In this document: positions 29,238 to 37,534 of the stretch, piece by piece
Layout: each line of letters begins with the position of its first letter
Position numbering within the stretch: position 1 is the first letter of the stretch
Sequence record: MK095606.1
Direction: 5' to 3' (one strand)
DNA from: Pantoea phage vB_PagS_AAS23
DNA: 51,156 nt
Position numbers and translations under genes: made by a program
The notes under the pieces: model-generated
Databases searched by the model: none
What the model was told of the DNA's origin: nothing
What the model saw: only the letters and a program-made list of their open reading frames with translations

Positions 29238-29978
29238 ATGAAAGACGAAAACGACAGCAACACAGAAGACGCATTCATCTCATTTGAGGAGGTTGAGCGT
29301 CAGGATTTTATCACAAACGGTCTGGTGGCGGGCGGTCACTACCAGGCATTGCCAACCCCATTATGTTGCAAGGTTTCAGGAAAGCGATATCTCGGAAGCC
29401 AAACGCCTGACGTGGTTAAGGATTTGTGGGCAACCCCGAAAGAGGTTATCGACTTCATGATCAAGCGTTACGGTAAGTATGATCTTGATGCCGCCGCCAC
29501 GCCAGAAAATGCCGTCTGCGATAAATTCTACACCGAGCATCAGAACTGTTTAAAACGCTGGTGGGGAAGCAAAAAGCACGTATGGCTAAACCCTCCTTAC
29601 AGCAATCCGCTACCATTCGTTGAGAAGGCAGCAGAGCAGGCACGAAACGGTAATCAGATCGATGTCCTGCTAAACGCTGACAGCTCTACGGCATGGTTCC
29701 GCCTGGCTCAGATGCGAGCTGCAGAAATCATCTGGATTGTGGCAGATATTGAATACGAGGTAACTGACGATGAGGTTGTGATTGAAAGCTCACACTCTGG
29801 CAGACTGGCATTCACAAGCGCCGAAACCGGACAGCCGGTAAGCGGAAACAGTAAAGGTCAGGTGATTTTCATCTTCCGTGAAATGAAGGAAGGCGAGCAG
29901 CAGCAAACGCACTACATTTCGATTGGCGATATTTGCCCATCGGTTAAAAACAAACGTAAACGCAAGGTATCACGATAA
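29238..29978 (+). CDS. dam: phage-type N6-adenine DNA methyltransferase (Dam-like)
   Basis: 'DLWATPKEVIDFMIKRYGKYDLDAAAT...VWLNPPYSN'. Confidence 0.88.
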   Translation: MKDENDSNTEDAFISFEEVERQDFITNGLVAGGHYQALPTPLCCKVSGKRYLGSQTPDVVKDLWATPKEVIDFMIKRYGKYDLDAAATPENAVCDKFYTEHQNCLKRWWGSKKHVWLNPPYSNPLPFVEKAAEQARNGNQIDVLLNADSSTAWFRLAQMRAAEIIWIVADIEYEVTDDEVVIESSHSGRLAFTSAETGQPVSGNSKGQVIFIFREMKEGEQQQTHYISIGDICPSVKNKRKRKVSR

Positions 29979-30211
29979 TGGAAATCCAGGAATTAAACGA
30001 AGACCTGATGTGGATCTTATTTCAGGGCATGGTATGCACGGCTCTGGTTGATGCTGGTTTTAATGGTGACGCCTGGAATATGGCATCGTGCCTTGATATG
30101 TCTTTTGATGATGCGCGTGATTATGCCGTTGAAGATTGGGGCAGCATCATTAAAGAAGAGCTGAACGAGTATCGCGAAGAAAACCCTAACAGCTTCAGCA
30201 ATTTGCACTGA
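29978..30211 (+). CDS. hypothetical protein
   Basis: ORF overlapping dam stop. Confidence 0.6.
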   Translation: MEIQELNEDLMWILFQGMVCTALVDAGFNGDAWNMASCLDMSFDDARDYAVEDWGSIIKEELNEYREENPNSFSNLH

Positions 30212-30254
30212 TATAAATGGCTCGCTTCGGCGGGCCTTAACCAGTAGGTGAACA

Positions 30255-30509
30255 ATGGAAATCCTCCAGGGTAAACAAGCAGTATGGCAGCACGCAAAAG
30301 ATGCCGGAATGTCAGAACACATAGCCTTGATAGCGCGTTACTTTGAGATCAAGGAAGTTAATATTTTTACTCCCGAAAATGGCGGGAAACTGACATTTAT
30401 TGAGCAGCGCATGCCAAAGTATCACCGCGTTGCAGTTGCGGCAAAGTCTGGCTTGACCACTAAAGATCTCCTGGCCGAAGCTAAGCTGGAAAGAAAGAGG
30501 ACGAAATGA
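30255..30509 (+). CDS. hypothetical protein
   Basis: ORF, SD/ATG; 4-nt overlap with next gene. Confidence 0.65.
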   Translation: MEILQGKQAVWQHAKDAGMSEHIALIARYFEIKEVNIFTPENGGKLTFIEQRMPKYHRVAVAAKSGLTTKDLLAEAKLERKRTK

Positions 30510-30754
30510 AAGTTTTCAATCCATACGATTACGCTTCATACGGCGGGCAAATATATGATGATGCAGATTACAGGGTGATTCCTTGCGATGAGTGGTTGCC
30601 GCCCGATTTTGAAGCGGTTATGGCTCAGATAAAAGAAAGGGAAAAGCTCACATTTGTCTATTACTCACCCTCTCACCATTGCTTTTTCAGCGAGAGTAGT
30701 GGCGGTAAAATTGAGATTGAGCAGGTTGAATACTGGTTGAAGATCATCAAGTAA
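30506..30754 (+). CDS. hypothetical protein
   Basis: ORF with ATGA overlap. Confidence 0.65.
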   Translation: MKVFNPYDYASYGGQIYDDADYRVIPCDEWLPPDFEAVMAQIKEREKLTFVYYSPSHHCFFSESSGGKIEIEQVEYWLKIIK

Positions 30755-30799
30755 TCCAGTATCGTTAGCGGGCTAATTTAACCCACAGGAATAATGTAA

Positions 30800-31924
30800 A
30801 TGAAACAGAAAATTACTGACGAGCAGTTTCTTGAAGAGCGCGCCAATGGGCTTACGCTAAAAGAAATTGCCTCAAAATACGATATGAATATCCGCACTGT
30901 TGAGGGCCGAAGCTCTAAGCTGGCTCGATCTGGTCACGGACACGGAAATAAACACGTCGCTGCACACATCCCGGAAGGCTTCGCCGTAAAGGGAACCTCT
31001 ACAATGATTCGCGCTGACGGTGAGGAGGTTGTTCGCTGGGTTAAGTCAGAAGTTGACCGCGATAAGCTTATCGCACTCATGAATGCCGCAGCAGATGCTT
31101 TTGCCAGTGAGCTACCACGCACCGAGCCAGTTGCAGAGGTTGAGCAGGACTATTCAGATACGCTGGCACTTTATCCCGTATTCGATCTGCACATTGGCGC
31201 ACTTGCGCACAAGCATGAGTGCGGTGAAAGCTACGATACGAACGCCGCAGAACAAACGATGAATCGCTTCTTTGAATATTCAGTCAGTGCAGCACCAAAC
31301 TCTAAGCGCGCAGTTTTGCTTATTGGTGGTGATTTCCTTCACTCTGACGGCCTGGACGCGGTAACCCCTGCTAGCGGTCACGTCCTGGATCAGGATAGCC
31401 GTTACGCTAAACTGGTTTATGTGGCTATTCGTTCACTGCGTCGCGCTGTAAAAGAGATGCTGACCAAGCACCAGCAGGTTGAAATTGAGATTATCGAAGG
31501 CAACCATGATCAGGCTTCGATGGTCTGCCTGCGCGCCGCCATGTCTGCATTCTATGAGGATGATGAGCGAGTTAAGGTCAACGTATCACCTGCAATTATG
31601 CACGTAACTCGGTTTGGTAAAACTCTGCTCGGTTATACGCACGGCCACACCATGAAAAAGCCAGAGTCAAGACTTTCTGCGCTTGCTGTTGATCATGCTG
31701 AAGCTTGGGGCCAATCCCGCTATCGTTACACTCACAGCGGTCACTTCCATCATGTGACGGTAACTGAGCACGCCCTTGGAATTGACGAGGTGCATGGCGC
31801 TCTGGCGGCTAAGGATGCATACTCTGCTCGCGGTGGCTGGCGCTCATATCGCCAGGCGGCAGTAATCATCTACAGTCCGGAATTTGGTGAGATTACTCGC
31901 CATATCTATAAGCCCGGAATGTAA
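30800..31924 (+). CDS. metallophosphoesterase with N-terminal HTH
   Basis: 'GGDFLHSDG', 'IEGNHD', 'GYTHGHTMKK', 'THSGHFHH'; N-terminal 'LTLKEIASKYDMNIRTVEGRSSKL'. Confidence 0.85.
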   Translation: MKQKITDEQFLEERANGLTLKEIASKYDMNIRTVEGRSSKLARSGHGHGNKHVAAHIPEGFAVKGTSTMIRADGEEVVRWVKSEVDRDKLIALMNAAADAFASELPRTEPVAEVEQDYSDTLALYPVFDLHIGALAHKHECGESYDTNAAEQTMNRFFEYSVSAAPNSKRAVLLIGGDFLHSDGLDAVTPASGHVLDQDSRYAKLVYVAIRSLRRAVKEMLTKHQQVEIEIIEGNHDQASMVCLRAAMSAFYEDDERVKVNVSPAIMHVTRFGKTLLGYTHGHTMKKPESRLSALAVDHAEAWGQSRYRYTHSGHFHHVTVTEHALGIDEVHGALAAKDAYSARGGWRSYRQAAVIIYSPEFGEITRHIYKPGM

Positions 31925-31969
31925 TTCAATCGGTGCGGGAATCCGCACCATCAACCAGGAGTAATACCA

Positions 31970-32497
31970 ATGCAGCATATTTTTGATGAGATCGAACAAA
32001 TGAACCTTCCACGCGTGGTTATCTTCGATTATGACGGCACTCTGTCTTGCGGAAAGCATCGGCTGCACGCCCTTCCAACTACAGATCTTCATCTTACCGA
32101 GTCATGGGTTGAGTTTAACGGTATGTGTGTCGGTGACGCACCATTGCGGGATAACATCGACGTTATGAATGCGATGTACGATGCCGGGTTATACGTGATC
32201 GTCCTGACCGGTCGATCTGACATTGTGCGCAAAGAGTCTATTCAGTGGCTGAAAGATAACGGCGCTCGATATCACATGCTCCACATGAGAAAGCAGACTG
32301 ACAACCGAAAGGATACGGTCATTAAGGAGGAGTTCTTACGCGATAAGATTGGCCTGAAAAACATCGTTGCAGCATGGGACGACTCACCATCAGTTATTTC
32401 GCATTTCCGCAGCCTGGGCATTACAACTTACCAGGTGGTAGATTATGGTGATGTAGATCGCAGTGACCTTAAATCTCATGGAGTAGAAAAATTATGA
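31970..32497 (+). CDS. HAD-superfamily phosphatase (PNKP-like)
   Basis: 'VVIFDYDGTLS', 'IVLTGRSD', 'AAWDDSPSVI'. Confidence 0.85.
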   Translation: MQHIFDEIEQMNLPRVVIFDYDGTLSCGKHRLHALPTTDLHLTESWVEFNGMCVGDAPLRDNIDVMNAMYDAGLYVIVLTGRSDIVRKESIQWLKDNGARYHMLHMRKQTDNRKDTVIKEEFLRDKIGLKNIVAAWDDSPSVISHFRSLGITTYQVVDYGDVDRSDLKSHGVEKL

Positions 32498-33057
32498 AAA
32501 CGGTAATCATTCTTAATGGCCCGCCAGGTTGCGGCAAAGATACCATTCAGAAGCAATTAGCCAGCCTGCAAAACCTCGAATGCCGCAGCATGAAAGAGCC
32601 TATGTTCAATATCGTCAAGGCCATGCTGGGAGATGAAACATTTAAGATTTTCATGCTGCACTATGAGGACCGAAAAAAGAAAGAGTCCCCACAGGAATAT
32701 CTGGGCGGGAAATCCCCTCGCCAGTTTATGATCTGGATCAGTGAAGATGTGATTAAGCCGCTATTCGGAAAGCAGCACTTTGGCAAGCTGGCGGCAAAGG
32801 CGCTGCAGAAAGAGCACAGGACGGCAATTTTCAGTGACGGCGGTTTCCCTGATGAGGTTCGCTGTTTGGTTGACTCGGGCTTCAGGGTTAAGCTAATCCG
32901 CCTGCATCGGGAAGGTTTTACCTTTGACGGTGACTCTCGTGACTATATCCACATTCCGGAATTGCGTAGTTTCAATTACAGAGAGAGAGATGTAACTCTT
33001 ATTGACGGAGAGATTAACCTTGCTTGCCGACACGTTTATGAGGCCGCATTTGAATAG
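32494..33057 (+). CDS. deoxynucleoside monophosphate kinase-like P-loop kinase
   Basis: 'IILNGPPGCGKDTIQKQL', 'FSDGGFPDEV'. Confidence 0.8.
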   Translation: MKTVIILNGPPGCGKDTIQKQLASLQNLECRSMKEPMFNIVKAMLGDETFKIFMLHYEDRKKKESPQEYLGGKSPRQFMIWISEDVIKPLFGKQHFGKLAAKALQKEHRTAIFSDGGFPDEVRCLVDSGFRVKLIRLHREGFTFDGDSRDYIHIPELRSFNYRERDVTLIDGEINLACRHVYEAAFE

Positions 33058-33097
33058 CACTTTTTGTTAAAACTCCGTCGGTGGGGTGGTTTAATAT
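33055..33097 (+). promoter_or_regulatory. punctuation module
   Basis: TAGCACTTTTTGTTAAAA...TAATAT; TAG is the kinase stop codon. Confidence 0.65.
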
Positions 33098-33136
33098 TAC
33101 CCCATCGAAACAAGCAATCCACACAAGGAAATCAAC

Positions 33137-33253
33137 ATGAAAAACTTTATGAACAAGCTGACTTCTACTCTGATCTGCACCGGCCTGGGCATGATGGTTA
33201 CTGCTGGTTTTGTGTGGGTTATCCTCCTGGCTTCAAGTTTTAAAGGGTTCTAA
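33137..33253 (+). CDS. 38-aa single-TM small protein (not in ORF track)
   Basis: aaggaaatcaacATG; MKNFMNKLTSTLICTGLGMMVTAGFVWVILLASSFKGF. Confidence 0.65.
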   Translation: MKNFMNKLTSTLICTGLGMMVTAGFVWVILLASSFKGF

Positions 33254-33255
33254 TT

Positions 33256-33435
33256 GTGAGAAAGATGAAAATTAAATGCGTTCGTAATGAATCAAAATGC
33301 CTTCCATATACTGTTGGTGAGACATACAGCGCCACGAATGAAGGCAAGGGGATTATCAAGATCGAAGATAATATCGGAGGATGGATGCAGGCTCCATTAA
33401 ATGGGTATTATTTGGAATTTGAAGAGGTAAAATAA
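33256..33435 (+). CDS. small SH3-like fold candidate (not in ORF track)
   Basis: MRKMKIKCVRNESKCLPYTVGETYSATNEGKGIIKIEDNIGGWMQAPLNGYYLEFEEVK. Confidence 0.65.
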   Translation: MRKMKIKCVRNESKCLPYTVGETYSATNEGKGIIKIEDNIGGWMQAPLNGYYLEFEEVK

Positions 33436-33489
33436 CCTCATCAAACATGAAGTTAATAACGGCTACCCGTGTGGGTGGCCTTTTTGCGT

Positions 33490-33518
33490 TTGCGTCTTAT
33501 TGCCTGTGCGTGTATCAT
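33490..33518 (+). promoter_or_regulatory. sigma70-like promoter of lysis cassette
   Basis: TTGCGT-17-TATCAT, upstream of holin. Confidence 0.5.
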
Positions 33519-33565
33519 CCAGATAAAATTGATTCACTTTTAATCACAGCAATATTGAGGCTAGT

Positions 33566-33784
33566 ATGATGCGCGACTTTATCAACGCAGCTACCATGAC
33601 AAGTGGTGGCGCAACAATTTCCGGGGCTGCTTCAGGTCAATTATTTATTGGTGTTGCCGGTCTGTTTTTCATGATCGTCTTTGGTGTATTTGGTGCATGG
33701 TTGAGGCTGAAGGATTCCAAAGCACTACGCCGCGCCCTGGAGGCTGGAGACATCAAGACGGCAATCCAAATAAGGAGCAAGTAA
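33566..33784 (+). CDS. putative holin
   Basis: Small hydrophobic protein immediately before endolysin. Confidence 0.7.
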   Translation: MMRDFINAATMTSGGATISGAASGQLFIGVAGLFFMIVFGVFGAWLRLKDSKALRRALEAGDIKTAIQIRSK

Positions 33785-33785
33785 G

Positions 33786-34280
33786 ATGGCTATTTTAAAT
33801 CGTTACATCGTGGGCGCTACCCTGACCGGCGCGCTGGCGATCACCTCTTCTCTGTTGGGTGAGGTTGAAGGAACAAAGTATAAACCCTATATCGACATTG
33901 CCGGAATACCGACAGTGTGCGAAGGCATAACTGGGCCGGACGTCATATGGGGTAAAACTTACAGCCGCGAGGAGTGCGATGCTTTGCTTTATAAGCATAT
34001 CGCAGTTGCTAAAAAAGTTGTCGATGCGAAGGTTAAACAGCCTATCCCAGAGTCAATGCGCGCGTCACTCTACAGCTTCACCTATAACGTTGGTGGCGGA
34101 GCGTTTAGCTCTTCAACCATGCTTAAACTGATCAATAAAGGTCAGTATCGCAAGGCTTGCGACGAACTGTTCAAGTGGGAGATGTACACTAACCCGCGCA
34201 CAAAGAAAAAAGAGAAGTCGAAGGGGCTGCACAACCGCCGCCTGGTGGAATATAAATTCTGTATTAAGGATCTTAAATGA
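33786..34280 (+). CDS. SAR-type lysozyme endolysin
   Basis: N-terminal 'YIVGATLTGALAITSSLLG' weakly hydrophobic anchor; 'EGTKYKPYIDIAGIPTVCEGIT' lysozyme motif. Confidence 0.88.
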   Translation: MAILNRYIVGATLTGALAITSSLLGEVEGTKYKPYIDIAGIPTVCEGITGPDVIWGKTYSREECDALLYKHIAVAKKVVDAKVKQPIPESMRASLYSFTYNVGGGAFSSSTMLKLINKGQYRKACDELFKWEMYTNPRTKKKEKSKGLHNRRLVEYKFCIKDLK

Positions 34281-34678
34281 AACGCCTGATCGCTTTACCT
34301 ATCGCTCTGATGATGCTGGCAGGGTGCGCATCAAGCCCACTTGATATCGTGAGTGGTGTTATCGGCAGCAAGCCGGATATGACAGCCCAGGTTGGCGCAA
34401 CGAACACTAAACAGGGTGTTGGCTTGACAGCCAGCAACGACGCCAGCAACGCCGCTGAGTCAACCATTAAGGATTCAACGGTGGGAAAGGTTGACAGCTC
34501 CAGCGGGAAGAAGATGAACGCCAGCAGCATTACGGCAGACATCATCCGTGCAGACACAATCCAAATCACTAACGCGGAGCCGGACAGCGGCTGGAAATGG
34601 GTTGTTTTTGGTGTTGCCGGTCTGATGATTATTGGCCTGCTAATCGCCTGGCGAATATCCAAAAAGAAAGCCCCATAA
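34277..34678 (+). CDS. unimolecular spanin-like lipoprotein
   Basis: Lipobox 'LMMLAGC' plus C-terminal TM 'WVVFGVAGLMIIGLLIAW' in lysis cassette. Confidence 0.65.
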   Translation: MKRLIALPIALMMLAGCASSPLDIVSGVIGSKPDMTAQVGATNTKQGVGLTASNDASNAAESTIKDSTVGKVDSSSGKKMNASSITADIIRADTIQITNAEPDSGWKWVVFGVAGLMIIGLLIAWRISKKKAP

Positions 34679-34691
34679 GGGGCTTTTTTTT
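34667..34691. terminator. terminator between convergent operons
   Basis: AAAGCCCC-ATAA-GGGGCTTT-TTTTT. Confidence 0.9.
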
Positions 34692-34893
34692 ATTCATACA
34701 ATCTGACGTGAAGAATGCAAATACCATCATCATCATTAAGGCCGTGCTCAAACTCTCCAGACGCACGCATTGATGATGTCAGTAGCTGCAGCAGAGCCAG
34801 GTTTAATCCGGAACCGCTCACGGCATTAACGGCACAGCACTCAATCACCGCATCAATTACAATTTGACTTTCAGCAAAAGTGTTTATCGACAT
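34690..34893 (-). CDS. hypothetical protein
   Basis: ORF, operon position; start MSINTF. Confidence 0.55.
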   Translation of the reverse strand: MSINTFAESQIVIDAVIECCAVNAVSGSGLNLALLQLLTSSMRASGEFEHGLNDDDGICILHVRLYE

Positions 34894-35227
34894 CCCGAAA
34901 CAACTCCTCATCACTCATCTTTTCAATGTTAACCATGAATCTAAGGTACTTGCTGTTTTTCGCGTCGATAGAGTGCAGATCGAAACGGAACGGCCTGCGA
35001 GCTTTATTCTTAACCCATGCAACCCCTCCTGAAAGATCAAGATACCCCTCTGTGCATAGGCGAGGTATAAACTCGCGAGCCACCAGCGCGGCGAATTGCT
35101 TTGTTGTTACCCCTGCATGGCGGGCAAGGCGATCACACTCCTTATGAGAGAACACAAACCCAGCCAGATTTTGGCGGGTAAAATTGCGCTGAGATTCACA
35201 AAACCGGAACAGATCCAGAAGGAACAT
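34871..35227 (-). CDS. hypothetical protein
   Basis: ORF directly downstream of DUF3987-like gene. Confidence 0.6.
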   Translation of the reverse strand: MFLLDLFRFCESQRNFTRQNLAGFVFSHKECDRLARHAGVTTKQFAALVAREFIPRLCTEGYLDLSGGVAWVKNKARRPFRFDLHSIDAKNSKYLRFMVNIEKMSDEELFRDVDKHFC

Positions 35228-35229
35228 TG

Positions 35230-36816
35230 TTACACTCTCCCCAGGAATGTCGGGTTAATGAAAACGTCGCCGTCAATCACACAAACATAATTCATTTCCT
35301 CCAGGATTGGCAGGAGGTGATCTTTGACACGTTTCGTCACGCCGGTTTGACCGTTAAAAGGTTTCACCCGGCGAACAGCCTCAATCAGGCTTCTCATCTT
35401 GACGGCACCTTTTGAGGCAGGAGCCTTCTTAATGATCGCGTCTGCCAGCGCACGCAACTCAGCATCCTCACCAGCATGCCCTGCAGCGTTGGCGGCAGAA
35501 AGGTAGGTTTTGCTCAGCTCATGAAACATCATGATCGCCTCTACCATGGTTTCAACCTCAATCGTGCGTGACTTTTGAGGGTTGGTATTGCCGAAGGCAT
35601 GCCACTGACGAACAACATGCAGGACAGCAGCAATACGGATAGCCTGCTTGTCAAACTTACCCATAGCACCGCGAAGCATGGAATGCGAGAACTTGCCACC
35701 ATCTGCCAGATCTGGCTCCATCTCTTGGCGCGCCTTGTTGAGTAATTTTGCCGCAGCAGGACTAACCTTCAGGCTAACGTCACTGTCGCTCATGATGTTA
35801 TGCACCAGCTTGTAATACTCAGCCACCAGCGTCGGATCGACAGATTCAAACGTTGAATCTCCGTTCGCATCCACGAACACACGACGCCCCAGATAGGACT
35901 CCTCACGAACAAGAAGGAATCGCTCTGATACACCGATGCCGCGAGAACCGGCGCTCATGATCGAGTCAATGGTTTCATCCTGCGCGATGACCGCGATAGC
36001 ACCCATAGCATCAAAGCTCATGTTGTTATCAGCGTTGGCACGAGCTATCGAAACGTGTCCACCATCCCAAGCCTTCAAAACTAACTCACTGTTCGTCTTG
36101 CGCGTGCTGTCCTGATAGGTCAGGCCCAGAAGGCTGTTAATACTGGTTGCCTCATCAGAGATTACTGCAAAATTACCCTGTCTAAAGTTGATTCGAGCCA
36201 AACCCTCTGGAGTCGTGTCTGATACCGGGAAAATGATATCACCCATGCGATCCAGCTTCTCCTGCAGATCTTCTTGCTCCTGGTAAAGGTCTGCCATATC
36301 GCTTTTTGACTTCTCGCCTTTCATCTCATTTTTGAGAGCGGAAAGTTTAGCCAGGATCTTCTTTCGCTCTTTGCTGCGAAGCTCATTAATGCGCTGAACC
36401 TCTGCAACCATGGGTTTAATGCTCAGGCTGTTTATTGCTGATTTACCGGTTGATGGTGGCTGGCTGGTCACAATGTACAGCGCAGTTGGCTGTTGCGTGC
36501 CGTGATACTCGACAGTAAAGCGCCCAAGCATCGCCGCACTGATGCAACCCAGGAAGTGAACATAAGCTGAAGATTCAGGGAACTGCACGGACCGAGCCGC
36601 ATTACCCGCCAGCTTGCCAACAATGTCAAAATCGTTACCAAGTGAAATTGCCGGGTACTTCTCGTTTCCGTTTTCAATGTCTACAGCCTCACCCCAGAAG
36701 TTAGCAGCATAGTTGTAACCAGCCTCACGAATAGCAACGCGCAGAGGCTTTAACCCCTGAGTGTTGGCGATTTCGATGATCTGTTGCGGGCTGATTCTGC
36801 TGTTAAATAAATTCAC
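35230..36816 (-). CDS. DUF3987-like P-loop replication protein/helicase
   Basis: 'YIVTSQPPSTGKSAINSLSIKP', 'GNFAVISDEAT...', 'SAGSRGIGVSERFLLVRE'. Confidence 0.8.
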   Translation of the reverse strand: MNLFNSRISPQQIIEIANTQGLKPLRVAIREAGYNYAANFWGEAVDIENGNEKYPAISLGNDFDIVGKLAGNAARSVQFPESSAYVHFLGCISAAMLGRFTVEYHGTQQPTALYIVTSQPPSTGKSAINSLSIKPMVAEVQRINELRSKERKKILAKLSALKNEMKGEKSKSDMADLYQEQEDLQEKLDRMGDIIFPVSDTTPEGLARINFRQGNFAVISDEATSINSLLGLTYQDSTRKTNSELVLKAWDGGHVSIARANADNNMSFDAMGAIAVIAQDETIDSIMSAGSRGIGVSERFLLVREESYLGRRVFVDANGDSTFESVDPTLVAEYYKLVHNIMSDSDVSLKVSPAAAKLLNKARQEMEPDLADGGKFSHSMLRGAMGKFDKQAIRIAAVLHVVRQWHAFGNTNPQKSRTIEVETMVEAIMMFHELSKTYLSAANAAGHAGEDAELRALADAIIKKAPASKGAVKMRSLIEAVRRVKPFNGQTGVTKRVKDHLLPILEEMNYVCVIDGDVFINPTFLGRV

Positions 36817-36884
36817 AATCTTACTCCATGTTAAAGCGCCGCAAAATCACGACGCCTTTAATGCTAACTTAATTGGGCTGATAC

Positions 36885-37319
36885 TTACAGATATTTGGCT
36901 TCGAAAGTTGCCACCGCGCAACTGAATCCTACATCATCTCGGTAAAGGGTGTATCCGTAACCCTCATCATCAAAGATTCGCCCCGCTACGCCACCAAGGG
37001 CGCGTCCTGATTCAATCTGATACCGCTTGCCAGGCTTAAAGCTGTCCTTCTTCTGGGGGCCAATGATGCGCATACATTTGAGAGTTTTAGTCTTCAGCTC
37101 CAGGAAGCGGCAGACCACATCGCCACCATTAGAAAGGAAGATCTCGCCGCAAACGCCAACTGAAAGATAAATTCGACGCTTCTTACCTTCAACCTCTGGA
37201 CTTTTTACGGTGATGCTGATGTTACCCTCATCACTTACCCTGGCAGTGTAGAGGCGATCTTTTTCGATTGTTCCAAGACCGGCAACCCATGTGCATTTCA
37301 GTTTGATTGATTTAGCCAT
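36885..37319 (-). CDS. hypothetical, possible member of 'KLKC' SH3-like paralogue family
   Basis: start reset to MAKSIKLKCTW. Confidence 0.65.
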   Translation of the reverse strand: MAKSIKLKCTWVAGLGTIEKDRLYTARVSDEGNISITVKSPEVEGKKRRIYLSVGVCGEIFLSNGGDVVCRFLELKTKTLKCMRIIGPQKKDSFKPGKRYQIESGRALGGVAGRIFDDEGYGYTLYRDDVGFSCAVATFEAKYL

Positions 37320-37324
37320 GATAA

Positions 37325-37459
37325 TTAATCCTTTGAAAAGAGTGGAGAGAAAAGCATAGTCACCAGACCTAAGCAACCGACCAAAGTTTTAACCGCTTCG
37401 GAGTCTGAGTTAACTCCGATGATTGTCATTACCAGGCCAATTACGAATGCTAATTTCAT
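37325..37459 (-). CDS. 44-aa small membrane protein (not in ORF track)
   Basis: MKLAFVIGLVMTIIGVNSDSEAVKTLVGCLGLVTMLFSPLFSKD; preceded by punctuation module. Confidence 0.6.
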   Translation of the reverse strand: MKLAFVIGLVMTIIGVNSDSEAVKTLVGCLGLVTMLFSPLFSKD

Positions 37460-37492
37460 TTTTGTTTTTCCGTTGTTGTTTTCGATAAAACA

Positions 37493-37534
37493 AATATACC
37501 CGGAACGGAGTCCGGGCTTTTGTCATTTCGTGCT
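37493..37534 (-). promoter_or_regulatory. punctuation module (minus strand)
   Basis: minus AGCACGAAATGACAAAAGCCCGGACTCCGTTCCGGGTATATT; includes TGA stop of methylase. Confidence 0.65.

Noticed and set aside
34871-36816. Defence island around the DUF3987-like gene
   Set aside because: Neighbours are small hypothetical genes; the P-loop protein is better read as phage replication machinery.
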